DNA of 64,000 nt, taken from NCBI GenBank assembly GCA_000320545.1, contig ADNK01001384.1:43936-107935 (forward strand), in the 5' to 3' direction. The notes below the pieces were generated by a model, which had not been told where the DNA came from, ran no database searches, and saw only the letters and a list, made by a program, of their open reading frames with translations. A program made the position numbers and the translations under genes. Of the stretch, positions 28,427 to 41,754 are shown one piece after another (position 1 is the first letter of the stretch; every line of letters begins with the position of its first letter). This DNA comes from Bigelowiella natans CCMP2755. Lineage: Eukaryota > Protista > Cercozoa.

Positions 28427-30574
28427 ATGTGGTAGTCCGACCTTCTCCTATAGTCCCCTTCTTTTCTCACTCGTTGGGCAAAAGTCATTAGCTGATTACA
28501 ATCTTGTTTTGAAGAACACAGTTTCAATGCACTATTACCTACAACTACATATAAATTTATAATTGAAAATTATAATTGCGAATATGTTTATAAGAAATGA
28601 GAATTAAGAAGTGAAAGACCTCCTCCGATACTCGGGGAAAAAACGATAAAATTAAGTTTTACGACACATGGTATCCCAAAAACAGATGTGTGAATCACAG
28701 AATTTGGATTTATTTTAGTTTAAATTTGTCTCGCAATCAATCGCGAAAAATGAGTGCCTAAGTTATTAATTAAATTTGATGAGTTCTAGAGTTGATGAGA
28801 ACTTATAAGCTGCTTCTGCTTAGTACTAAAACGTTTATTATATTAAGCCTCCTCGCTTTAAGAGGAGCTGCGGGTAATTTTCTGTCTTCTAAAAACGCAT
28901 GCATGAGTGCTTTTCCATAATTAAAGTCCAGGTGCGCACCAATGATAAGCTAGCTAATATCGTATCTGCAAATAACATAATGCTTTGCAGCTATGCAATA
29001 CTACGAGCAGACTAGCGAATTCATGATTTCTGAACACGATGAGCATTGTGCGTTTGCTAGATTGCGAAGCGCAATTAAATATTGTGTCATAGATTTTTCT
29101 CATGACAGTGGAAGTCGTCTTTTTGGGCGACAATCTACTGTAAATCAAAATTTGTTGCGCACTTCTCACAGCTCCTCGCTTTGAATTGCACGTTACTTGT
29201 CTAGTTGTGCCTTGCTAATTTGACCGGCGGACGATCTTGGTACTTCCCAGGCCCATGCTAGGATGATTCCGGAGCGGAGAACGGTCTTTTCTGGTTTAAA
29301 AGAACCTAATGGACAGAGATCAAAGGGTGAGCTCGCAAAGCGCGCGATCCGCATCCCTCCCACGATGTCACAACACGACTCTACGGTCTCGTTCGCGTGT
29401 GCTATTTTTCAAGCTCTTCTGTGCCGCATGAAATAGTGGTTCTCTACTGGTCTTGAGCTTCTTGCTGGACTTTGGGAGTGGATCCAATCAGATTTAAAAG
29501 GAATGCTTCGTTCACATTCTAACACCTAACCATAAAGAGCAAGGACAGAATGGCAACGAAGCAAGGAAAAATTAAAGGATGTAAAGCATCGGATTTTGAG
29601 ATAGCATGTCATCATACGTGCTCGCCATCCAAACGGGAGGCAGCCATGCACTCACTCACCCTTTTCCTCGACTCTCTTCATTTTGGTTGATCTCGGGTCT
29701 GATGCAGCAATCAAAAATGAGGTTTTGCCATTCACGCCCTTTGTCACGCGCCTATATCATTGCAAACGAGAATCATAAGTACAGAATACTATCTCAAATA
29801 TATTCTAACTTTCTATGGAAAAAAGAGAGTACGAGAAACACTGGTCCACAACGATAACATATTTATCATGATTAGTACAAGGACCCTCCATATTTTTTGA
29901 TCAAATCGCTAGCCTCGTCCCTCTTCAGCGACTCTAAGATTCCAGTGATAACCTGTAATATAATTTAAAACTTCAATACATAGCAACGATTAGTTCATTG
30001 AAAAGGGCTAGCGAGTTTGGTGGCCACACGAATACAGGTCCATCGTTGGCATTCTCAACAACCAGGAAATTGCTTCAGGCACAGTAAAGTATGCGGGAAA
30101 ACCTACGAAGGTGAGGCCTTGAAGGCAGTTAGGGTTTCCCTGCTGAATTTCCTCCTGTCCGGTCTTCGATGATGGTGCTCTTTGCATCTAAAAAGACCAA
30201 CCAGAGCCATCCCAACTAACTTTCTGATGAGGACTGTACGGGTGCCCAAATGGCGCAGCAGTTCGAACAGGTGGGGAGGGGAGAATAGGCGTAATACTTT
30301 CCAACCAACCGATTGGGTTTTGAGGCTTGGCTTCTGGGCTGCTTTCGATTCCAAAAAGTGCAAGAAGTACTGGTAATCCGACTTAAGACATCATGTTTTC
30401 GATGTCGCAGGACATGAATCGTGGCCCTTTTTCGGTTAGTTTAGGCTTCTAGGCGTTATTGCGTCGTAGCGTCGTAAGATATTATTCAGTTTCCTAGCTT
30501 GGCTCGTGAAGTGCAAGCCCTCCCCCAGTTGGTCGAGATAGATAAGGAACAGAGCAAAGGAACTGACGTTGAAC

Positions 30575-32490
30575 ATGGCTATCCTTACGATCGCGATGGT
30601 CGCTGCCCTGGTAGGCTCGGTTCAGGCGGACGTTAACTATGGCATCATAATCGATGCGGGGTAGGTGTTGTATATGCTGGTGTTAATCGCTCGTCTTGAC
30701 AGTGATATCTTGTATCTCCTGCATGTTCACGGAAACGTTGACGGTCAAGTTCCTCGCACTCTGAGCTATACGTGTATCAATGGCCGAAGCGAGTCTCTCC
30801 TGATAGGTTCAATCCTAGTTTTCCACCCGCGGATTTCATGTCGCCTCATCACATTCCTCCATTAATCACAGCACGCCGCCTTACACTCCACCAGTCACCC
30901 AGTCTACATGGTCTAAGAAGGCAGAGCCAGGTTATACACTTATGTTTTGGTCTACTATGTATCATGCGTGGCATGTACTGCTGCTCCGGAGGAGCTGTTT
31001 TGTTATTGATTCATCAGAGTAAAAATATCTTCCTACAGGAATCTCCACAATGACCCCTGAGCAGATCCCACAAGGGCTTCAACCGCTACTTGATTTTGCT
31101 AAAACGGTGATAAGAAATTATGCTTTTTCTACACCACTCTATTGTATAGTGCCCCCTTTGTCCTACCCTTGCTTGGGATTATTATTGGGCTAGTGATAAT
31201 ACCATCTTGTGACAAGTATATATATTCACGTTGGCAGATTATTCCTGCGGCACAATATGCGGAGTCTCCCATTTACCTTGGTACAGAAATTCATCTGTGG
31301 TCCTCCTCAATTAATTATTTCTCCTCTCAATTTTCTCGACGCAACATGGCCATCTTTGTTTTTTTTGCCAACAAATTACTGTTCTGTGCAGGAGCCACGG
31401 CTGGAATGAGGATGCTGCCGATCTCTAATCAAACGTCAATCATGGAAGGTGTTGCAATTTATCTACTAAAGGAATAAATTTCCCAAATTTGTATACGGGA
31501 GTAGCAGTCGTGATGGAGAATCGCTTACAAAATGATGTGCATCATATTACGAACATGACAACCTCAACACCGAATTAGTTTCTTATTCTCCCTCCCCCCA
31601 TTCAAATCACTAGCTGTGCGTGACTTCTTCGAGGCCTCCGTCTTTCGCTTCGACTCACGCTGGCAGGTATGTCTCAACCCTTGCTGCACCTGATCCCAGT
31701 CATAACTGGAAGCTGAAACAGAAATTTGTTTTCCCGGGGGGTGGGCGGGCAAGGTCGCATTGTTTTGCCTTTTCACCGTGTTATTCATTCTTCATCGCCA
31801 CGGCAAAAATAAACAGGCTAGAATCTTGGCGGGGGAGGAGGAAGGTTCCTTCGGTTGGATTGCAGTAAACTATCTTTCGAACACGCTGGGGGGGGGGACC
31901 ACGTATGGTGCCCTGGATCTTGGAGGTGCGAGCACTCAGATCACGTTCAGGCCGAAAGCAGGCCAGGTACGCAGCGTGAGCAACAATGCATGTGCTGATG
32001 CCGAAGTGTGTCTCGACGAAGAATGATGCGGGTGATAGCATGGGACGAAGACATGTAGTCGGTGGAGCACGTGTTTACGTGTAGAATGCCTTGATAATTG
32101 ACTTACCCTACCGACAATAACTGAGCAACGTGCACGCCTCCATCCATTCCAGCCCATTCTGGCAAACTACTTTCCGCTGCACGTTCATGGACTCAAAGAG
32201 GGAGTGTACACTCACTCCTTCCTCAACTACGGCATCAACAGAGCCAAGGAACGCCTCCTAGCCAAGTAAGGAGAACTACCACGAGAAGATATTACATACT
32301 TCACCGCTGTTATAGCAACGACCATTCCGTGTGAAACTCGCCTTTGATAAGGGTGGGGGGGGGGAAGGGATACGAGATGTATAGTGAGTATGAGTATGTG
32401 GAGCGCAGTACCATTGGACTACTCATTATCATCCTGCTATTGCATAAGCAAGCAGATCATAGCAAACACACGTAATCACAATCGACATAA

Positions 32491-32531
<41 letters not shown>

Positions 32532-33075
32532 GACAGACACACACACACACACACACACACACTCTCCTCTATTTTGCAGCGCTGTTTCAGCAGCCGGGAC
32601 TGGCGCGACGACTGCGACATTTGGATGCTATAATGTTGGATATAATAGCACTGCAGCTGCGAGTACTGTTGTCGTAGTCGGCAGCAGTAACTATACGGCA
32701 TGCCACGCAAGTAGCAAAGCCCTCTTTGACAAGGTGACGATGCTTCCAAATCAATGCTTGGAGCCAAGATTCTCATCACCATCACGATTGGTCGCATAAT
32801 TGAAGCTGATTGTTCTCATTGAATTGTCATTATTAATTATCAGGCCTCTGCCTGCCTCACAGAGACGTGTTCCTTCAACCAGGTGCGGTGTATTTCGGAC
32901 AGGGAGAGAGGGGGGGAGGGTGGGGAGGGGATGCATTCGTCGACGAATGCGTTTTGGTGATGATGGTACGGCTAAGCTGAATACGTCAAGAAGGATGATG
33001 ACTCCTGAGAAATATCGACCCATACATGCACGCACAGTAATTTTGATATATTGACGATAACATTTAAAGTAAAAG

Positions 33076-33111
<36 letters not shown>

Positions 33112-33270
33112 GTCATATCAACTTGACAAATGATGATGTGTATTTGTTCGCAATGAATGTGTTTCAGGTGTATCAACCGCCCCTCTACGGAAGGTTGTTC
33201 TTCGTTGCCTGGCTTAAATTGCTTATTCCGAAATTATATCAAGATTCTGTATACCATGTTCAACCAAACG

Positions 33271-33331
<61 letters not shown>

Positions 33332-33701
33332 GTAGTGTTTCTACTCCTCCTCCCCCCTCTCCACCCCTTCCTCTTGATTTCCGACAGCTTCGTAGCGATG
33401 TCTGCCTTCACAGGCTATATCGTTGATGACCTCAACCTCCCTGAAAACTCGACGTAAGTAATCAAAGCGACATTTCCTATGCTGTGCTGCAGTATGCGAA
33501 AACAGTTTTGCGTACGCTCCTCACCCCCCCTTTCCCCCTCCCCATGCTACCCATCTTGCCCATACAGGGTAGATATGATAGCTCAAGAAGCAGAGCGCGT
33601 GTGCGGAATGACTCTTGACCAGCTCAAGGTCGTGTCCTAATTAATCGTTTCCTTCTCAGGATACAGATATCACGCCCCGCCAAACGCATATTACCATCGT
33701 T

Positions 33702-33740
<39 letters not shown>

Positions 33741-33908
33741 GTGCTCATTGTCATCGCCATCCTCGTCTCCCCCTCATCATCATCACTGCAAAACCTCTTT
33801 CTCTGGACATTATTTCAGGCTCAGTACCCATCTTCTGCGAAGTACGTCGACTCGTTCTGCCTGGGAACTGTCTACATCCAGGTGGTGTCACTCGTATTAA
33901 TGTTGTTC

Positions 33909-33944
<36 letters not shown>

Positions 33945-33964
33945 TATGGTGTGTATAATGAGGT

Positions 33965-34002
<38 letters not shown>

Positions 34003-34247
34003 ACTTCACTCCTGCAGACGATTCTTGAGTATGGTTACGGCTTTGGAGCCCCAGGGTCAGACGCTACGGTGACATTTAAAGGTCATCGTCGTTGCGCACG
34101 GAAGAAGAAGAACAAATAGAAGAAGAAGAATATGAAGAAGAAGAAGAAGAGGAGCAAGAACGAGAGTATAGCATTTGATTGCATTAAGTATATGTTTATA
34201 TCGTGGTGTATTTATATATAGTATTTATACATATAAATAAAAACATA

Positions 34248-34315
<68 letters not shown>

Positions 34316-34944
34316 GATGCTTCTGTGCGTATGTTTTTGTACGTTCGTTTGGTTGTTTCCCATTCTCTCCGTCGTCGCCAAGCATCATCATCATACTTTT
34401 GCCGTGCTGGCTCAACTACAACATCAACAACAATAACCAACAGGCACTATAGACAACACGGAGGTGGGCTGGGCCTTAGGTGCCGCTGCAACCCAACGCG
34501 CATGTTGCTGCATGGATGATGATGATGATGAAGAAGAAGAAGAAGAAGGAGAAGAAGAACAGGATGACGAGATGAAGATTGCAGATTTTCCCTCGAGCAC
34601 TGTAAGGAGAAGACGGAGTCTCTGCAACCTCACAACAAATCGCGTCCTCTTCCTCCTTCCCCTCCTCCTCCTCCTCCTCCTTCTCCTCCTACTCTCCGAA
34701 ATGTGCAGGTATGCTCCTAAATGAGATTCACTATATGTCGTGGGAGATCCAGCAAAGCTGCAGCAACGACAACAGCAAGGTCCTTTAGCATCAGCCATCA
34801 GATAAGAAAGCTCTTGAGTGACACGGTGGCGTATCTTAACCCTCCTGTCGATGTTTTCCCATCATTTCAGGTTAGCAAACGATATCGAGATGCTACTATC
34901 GCCTTGGCAGCACTTGCCTCCATTCTCCTCTGCACGGTAATTAC

Positions 34945-34976
<32 letters not shown>

Positions 34977-35045
34977 CGGTGGCGGTCGCAGTTAGAACCC
35001 AAGCACTTCGTCAACTAGACACTGCGGAATCATGTTTATTCAAAT

Positions 35046-35084
<39 letters not shown>

Positions 35085-35254
35085 AATGTGTGTGTGTGTG
35101 TGTGTGTGTGTGTGGGCTAGTAGCTGATTGGGAGTGAGTGAGTTGCAGCTGACTTTTGTTGAAAATGTATTGCATGCAGATCGTATGGCTGTGCTACAAA
35201 GCTAATTCTCGGCAGAGCAGCAACTATTCCAGGGAATTGATGGCGGAGGGCTGA
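30575..35254 (+). CDS. GDA1/CD39-family NTPDase (apyrase) with signal peptide and C-terminal transmembrane helix; many exons
   Basis: Signal peptide MAILTIAMVAALVGSVQA. ACR1 IIDAG|SSHS, ACR2 PIYL|GATAGMR, ACR3 ILAGEEEGSFGWIAVNYL, ACR4 GALDLGGASTQITF, YTHSFLNYG, ACR5 WALGA. TM segment IALAALASILLCT|IVWLC. Confidence 0.9.
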
Positions 35255-36114
35255 AGAAAGCACCGTTGTTTATAGTGTAGATAGCATGGAGAGGTGCATC
35301 TTTGATCGCAAAAAGACTTTGAGCCGCGTCATTTGCATCATCACTATCATCATCATCATCGGAATCTTGCAAGCGCTACGTGCGCTATGTTATCTTATGT
35401 CTAGATTACATGCCCTTTTGCGCCACATCTAGATGGCTGGCTGAGAAGTATGACGGTAGATGTTTATGCCAGCTTATTGGGTGGTCGCCGAAATACAAGC
35501 TAGCGCCATAAATTGGCTTTGAATTCATCAAGTTTATGTCCGATGATGCTGCACACGTGAGACGAATGTAATGGAGTGATTAAATCTTTTCAATAGTCAT
35601 CCTAATGTAGCTATCTAGCAAGAGCTATGCAATGCAGCGGCTACAGCGCTAATGTATTATTTTATGCAACGCACTTATGCTCAAAATTTAATGTGTGATT
35701 CAAATTACTTGCACGTACCATGATCGAAATGTGAGGCTGATGTAATAAATAAATTAAATTCATTTAGATCATCGAAATATGTCACGCTAGCACGGCCATT
35801 TGCGCCCGCGCATTAAGTAGCATGACAGAGCGTGTACACACGCCGCAGATTATATTTCGAATGCATGCATTTTCTTACATGCGTGCGCGATTGCGTTTAG
35901 AACCGGTTAGTAGCAGACAGACATGTCACACACCTTCGCGCTCTCACAACACACTCGATATTGTTGAACTTCATAGCAATAATTTGATGATGGGTACTCA
36001 TTTATATGGAGATAAAATAATTTCATCCACAGTTGACAGATATTTCGAGTCAGATGAAATATAATATAATCGATGATATTGATGTCCCACACGCTCATCA
36101 GCTACAACTTGTTT

Positions 36115-39100
36115 CTAGTAGAAATAGCCTCCACCACCATAGCCCATTTGCTGCAGCCAAGTGAGTAATTCTTGTAAATCCTCTCTACCAGTGTTGGCAA
36201 TTGCGTCTTCGATAGCATGGGCGGGGAAACCCATCTGCAGAAGCTTTTTGCGGACATCTTCCTTCGCCACGCCCTTTGGCACCTTCTTGAAGACCTCATC
36301 TACTTTCTTTGGAGTGAGCACTTCGGTGTGCATGTACATGCGGCGGATGTTCCCCCCGAACATCTCCCGCGGATTCCCGCTCCTGAAGACGCCAAAGCCG
36401 TTCGCGCCGACAGAGAGCGGCCCATCCTTATACATAAGGTCTTTGTTCGTCGAGGTATCGCAGATCTTGCCCCCCACGTACCACACGCACGTTCCTGCGA
36501 TGTTGTCCATTGCGAGGCCCACGACTGCCCACTCGTTGGCACTCAGCCGGTGACCGGCGCCGACGTTGTTGCGGAAGAGTGAAATCGTGCCGTTGGGATG
36601 CAGGAAGAGGTCTCCCGTCTTGTTCGGCTTGCCCCCTGTTTCCTTGCCCCCCCTTTGGATTTGGAGCAGCGACATGACAGTGCGCGGCAGCCTATCGACC
36701 ATAATCTCCATCGTTAGCGTGTATCTGTTAAGCCGCTTGCAGCCGTCGCCGCCATTCGCCTTTGCGAAAGGCACCGCAACGTGCGAGTTCGGCTTCAGCG
36801 AGAGATAATTGGACTTCTTCTCGAACTCAGGGTCCGGCTGCAGCGTGAGAGAGCCGCCGTGTACTTTGAGGCCTTTGGGGAGGACTTTCTTCGTAAACTC
36901 CCACGTGGTGACCGTCGATTGGACGAGCTGATGCTGCTTGCCATCAGCCTTTTTCACGTTTTGCACCGTGAAGGGCTCCTCCTTGACCGGGTTGAGCATT
37001 CCTGCCTTCATCATGCTTTTCACGTCTCCCTCCGCAGCCTCCATCCGCTTCTTCATCTTCGCCTCGCGCTCCTTTTCGATTGCCTCAATCTTCTTCTGCC
37101 GCTCCACCTCCTCCTTCTGCAGCTGCTTGAGCTCCTCCACGCCCTTGGGCGCGATCACATGCGTGCCAGCCTTGGCGCTTTCGAACGCGGCCTTTGTGCT
37201 CGGGGTCCGAGTCAGCAAGGGCGGCCCTGCCTCAGACGAGAATCGAAGACCCCCTTCTTCCTCAGCGGCATCAGGCGTATACGAGATGACCGAGCCTTGC
37301 ACAGCCTCCTGGAACTCTCCAAAACTGATGTTCCCGTCTCGGTTCATGTCGACGTGGCGCACAAGATCCATGATATCTGCTGGCGTGAGGCCAGTGATCC
37401 CCAGCCACTCGAGCGCCCCGTAGAGCTCGGACGGAGACAGGACCCCGTTCTCATCCGTGTCAAACAGCGTGAAGGCGTCTTGGAGCTGCATCCCCTTCCT
37501 TTCGATAGCCTCGCGCGTGCGATCGACGCCAGCGCGCAGCTTGAGTAGGTGGAATTCGTCGGGCAGCGTGAAGAGCTTGGCGATCGGACACTCCGCCCAC
37601 TTCTTGCGCATGCGCCGCCGGCACGCGATCACGAGCGAGAAGAAGTTCTCGCGCTCACGGATCGAGGACTCCTGGAGCGCCTTGAGCAGGATGTTGAGCT
37701 CGCTGGGGTTGTAGTACATGTCGCAGTCCAGGAACCGCAGGCAGAGGTACGCAGCGGCTTCCTGGAAGGACCCTGCCCCGTGAAACTTGGGGGTCGAATC
37801 CAGTTCCGTGAAGTTGTCGGGCAGGCAGCGCAGGGCGAGTCGCGTACCCGTATCGGCGAAGAATGGCTGATCCCCTCTGAGATGGATGGCCCTTCTGATG
37901 GTCTCTGCCTCTTCCAGCGACAGTGCGACGTAGAAGCGGCCAGCCTGAACCTTCCTGAACGCCCCGCTCACAAGCATCGACTTGAGCTTCTTCATCGCCT
38001 CCTTCTTCTCGATGTGGCCCGCCTTCGCTCCGCCCATTATGGCGGCGATGTCTTCCGCCGCCGGGGCATAGTCGACTGCCGCGCGCACAATCTTCTTCAG
38101 GTCGCGGCGGCCAAGATACTCAGAGTGCTTGTTGGAGTGGAAGAGGGAGAAGGCCTTGTCGAGCTGCGCGCTCTGTTCCTCCGTTAGCTTCGTGTCGCTC
38201 CGCGTCGAAGCCACGAGCTTGCTATCGTCGGGGATCCACTCCAGGACCATGACAACGTTCTTGAGCCTGCGATCGCCCTTCCAGGACTTGTCGAAATAGT
38301 TGGTTGAAACGCGGAGATCCTGCGGGAACTTGATTGGCGTTTGCTCGTACAGCGCGAATTCGTTGCACGGGTAAAACATCGTTCCCTTCTCCAGTGATTT
38401 GAGGTTCTCGAGCGGCCAGAATCGGTTATCATCGCGATCCTCGGAATACGCAAGATCGACAAACTTCTCCTGCAGGATCTCCTTCTCCTGGTCCTTGTCT
38501 TGCTCGATCGTCTGCTCTCTTGTTGCCTGCGTGGTGATCTCCATATTGAGATTCTCAGAGGAGCGGAGGAGGAACTGCACCTGCTTGACGATCTTCTCAA
38601 CCGCGGCACGTTCCTCGTCGGTGTTCAGGAACGCACGGTTCTCATCGACCATGCCGTTGATCAGCTCGTCGAATTGCACCGGCTGCTTGATCTCGCTGGG
38701 GACCCTGAAGTCGATTTCCTCTTGGAAGGCGTGCACGATGCGGGACAGAAATTTGTCCTGCGTCTTCAGTTTCACCTTGAAGCTCGCATGCCTCTCTTTG
38801 AGCACGTTAAACGTGTTCTTCCTCCACACGTTCGCGACGTTCTGGAGCTGCAGCTGATTGTGCTGTATGGCCTGCGATCGCATCCCGTTAACGATCTGCC
38901 ACGCAGTGACCCTGTCCAGCACAACGGAGGTGTCGGTAGCGTCAAGAGTCTTCTCATCGACGCCGGCCTTGACCAGCTCACGTCGCATTAGAGATTGGAT
39001 CTCCGGGATCACGAACAGTCGGATCTTCTGCCCTTTCCCCAGGCCACGCATGCGGAACGCACCTTGCGTGTAGTCGCGGAAGACCATGTCCTTGCCGAGG

Positions 39101-40951
39101 GTGAGCACCCCAATGGCGTTGTTGATGTGCTGGATATCGACGCCGGTGGTGTGAATCTGGTCGTAGAAGGCGAACCGTTTGCGCTTCGGGATGCCGCATT
39201 GATCGAGGCGTACCACGCGCCTCGTCGAGCGCATGAGGACCATCTTGTCGTCGTCTTCGTTGAGGAACACGACGCCCTCAGCGTACGACAGGCCCTTGTC
39301 GAGGAGGTAGCCCGCCACTTGGAGGTTCGACATCCCCGTGATCAGCGCGCCGGTGTCGATGAGGGAATTGTAGTGCGGCTGCGCTTGCGCGATATTCTTC
39401 AGCAGCGACTTGGGGGACCACCCAGATCCCAAGAACTCGTAAGAAACAATGTCGGGGTCGGTCAGGTAGTGCATCATCAGGCCATCTGCGCCGCGCTCGT
39501 ACCCGCACTTGCCCATTTCGAGCGGGAGGAGCGATGATGGCGTGCCTGAGAACCCAATCCTGCGGTCGAACAGCATGTCCCCACCAAGGGCCTGCCCGCT
39601 CGCAGAGAGCTTTAGAACCTGGTGCATCGTGTTGGAGGGAAAGACAAACTCTGTGAGGTACCAGTGGATTGTGCCCGGGTTCTTCTTGAGCAGCTTGAAA
39701 AGCTTATCCGTCTGATCCATGTTCGAGCGCTTCAGCATCTGGAGAGGCACGACTTCCTTCGCAGCTTTCAGTGCTTTCTCATCTTCTTGGCCTCCTTCTC
39801 CCTCTGGTACCTCCTCCTTCTTGTCCCCCCCTCCCTCCTTCTTATCGTCGTCATCATCCTCCTCCCCCACTATCTCATTTCCAAATTCATCAAACTTCTT
39901 GGTGGAGCCCTTCACGAAGCCCCCCGCCTCCTTGACCCACTTCGCGTGCATCACGGACGACTTGCGCTCATGCGCGGGGCCGAGCTCCTTCTGGAACGAC
40001 GTGATCAGGTGCTGCAGCAGCTCATCGAAGTCCATCTGCCTGATGCCAGAGTACCGATACGCCAGAATGGTGAGGCCAATAATGATATCGGGGTGTGCGA
40101 ACTCAGAGGACTCGGAAGGCTTGTCTTTTCCTACGAAGGGAATCGCCAGTTTCAGCCTTGTGCGCGGCATGTGGGGGTCGCGCTTCTTGGCCCTGTGGAT
40201 ATCCTTCGCATTCAGGATGCCGAAAGTTACGCGGTTGATCTTCTGCATCACATGAGGCAGATAGCTCTGCAGCCAGTCACGGCCCAGGCTGATCATCTGG
40301 ATGTGTTCCTTATCCAGGTTGTCGTTCAGCGCGCGCGCAAGAGCCTCGCGCCGGGAGATCTCTGTCTCGATGGCCTCTTTTGTCTTGAATGGCGAATCCG
40401 AGGAGGGAGCCCCTTCAACCGCCTTCTTTCCCTCCTGAGCTTCCTTCAGATTCAGCTTCAAACTGGCGACATCTGTGCCGTGAAGGAGATAGCTGATGAC
40501 CTGGTCGCGAGACACGGTCGCGAGTGTGTGGTTGACCTCAAGCCAGAGCAGCAGCCACTCGGCCATAATTGGCTTGATTTCATCATGATAAAAGGTGTCA
40601 TCCAGTAGGACGAGGTGAGGTGTTTGCTGAATCATCTTGCGTTTGCAGCCCACGTCCAGAGTGGTCTTGAGGCGTTCAAGCACGGCGGTTGCGTGCTTGG
40701 AGTTCTCGAAGTCGACCGAGATGCGACCCAGCTTCGAGAAGAAAAAGGCGTCGAGCGTATGGATGGCGAGCTGCCACCTGATGCAGGATGCGTACAGAGA
40801 AGAGGAGGAGGAAGGGGAAGAATGAGGAGAAGGCCGAGCGGTGTGTAGTAGCTAGCAGCTAGTTGGAAGAGCACAAAACTAATAATAATGGCGGTGATTA
40901 TGATCCAGTTGCAGCTGCTGCTGCTGATTGCCGTGGTGAGGTAATGACAAC

Positions 40952-40992
<41 letters not shown>

Positions 40993-41722
40993 CTGTATAA
41001 TACTCTAGGTGATACCGAGTGAAGATCTACCTGAGGGGCTCGAAATCGAGGCTCTTCTTCGGTCCGACGGGGAAATTGAGCTCAGACTTGAGAGGATGCA
41101 GAATCAGATCGACCTCGTCCATAAGGACCACGGATGACCGGAAAATGCCAAGGACTCGATTTACCTCTGCGGCCTCGTGCTCCAAGAACTGGTTGCGCTT
41201 GCGCGCGCTGTCGTCAATCGTGTGGAGAATCTCGATAAATCTGAGCATAATCGACTTGAGGGCAGTCGGATGCGTCACAAGAATGCCGCGGGTCTTGCGC
41301 GCATTGTCCAGCTTCGTGAACAGGTGCGGCGAGATCTTGCTGGAGCGGTCGAAGGCGAAGGTGTAGATGCGCTTTTGCACGATGCTCGAGAAGGTGGCTC
41401 GCATTATGTCCATGCTGAAAGGGAGAAGGGCCTGTGGAACGACCTGCACTACCAACGCATCCCCATCTCCCAGCATCAACGACAACATCGGGCACACGAC
41501 AGTCGTCTTGCCTGCGCCCATGATCAGCTGCCGGACCTACGTTATATCATTATCGGGTTCAGTGTTTAACAGTTGTCCCTTCTTCTTCTTCTTCTTCTTC
41601 ATCATCATCATCATCATCACCATCATCATTGTCCATACCATCCTGAAACAATCTTTCGCATCTTGGTTATCATCAGCATTCATAATCACAACCATAACAG
41701 TGATAGCAATAGTAACACTACG

Positions 41723-41754
<32 letters not shown>

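Noticed and set aside
28430-30570. 2-kb AT-rich spacer, possible small gene or element
   Set aside because: Only short motif-less ORFs, no terminal repeats seen, and normal TpA content.
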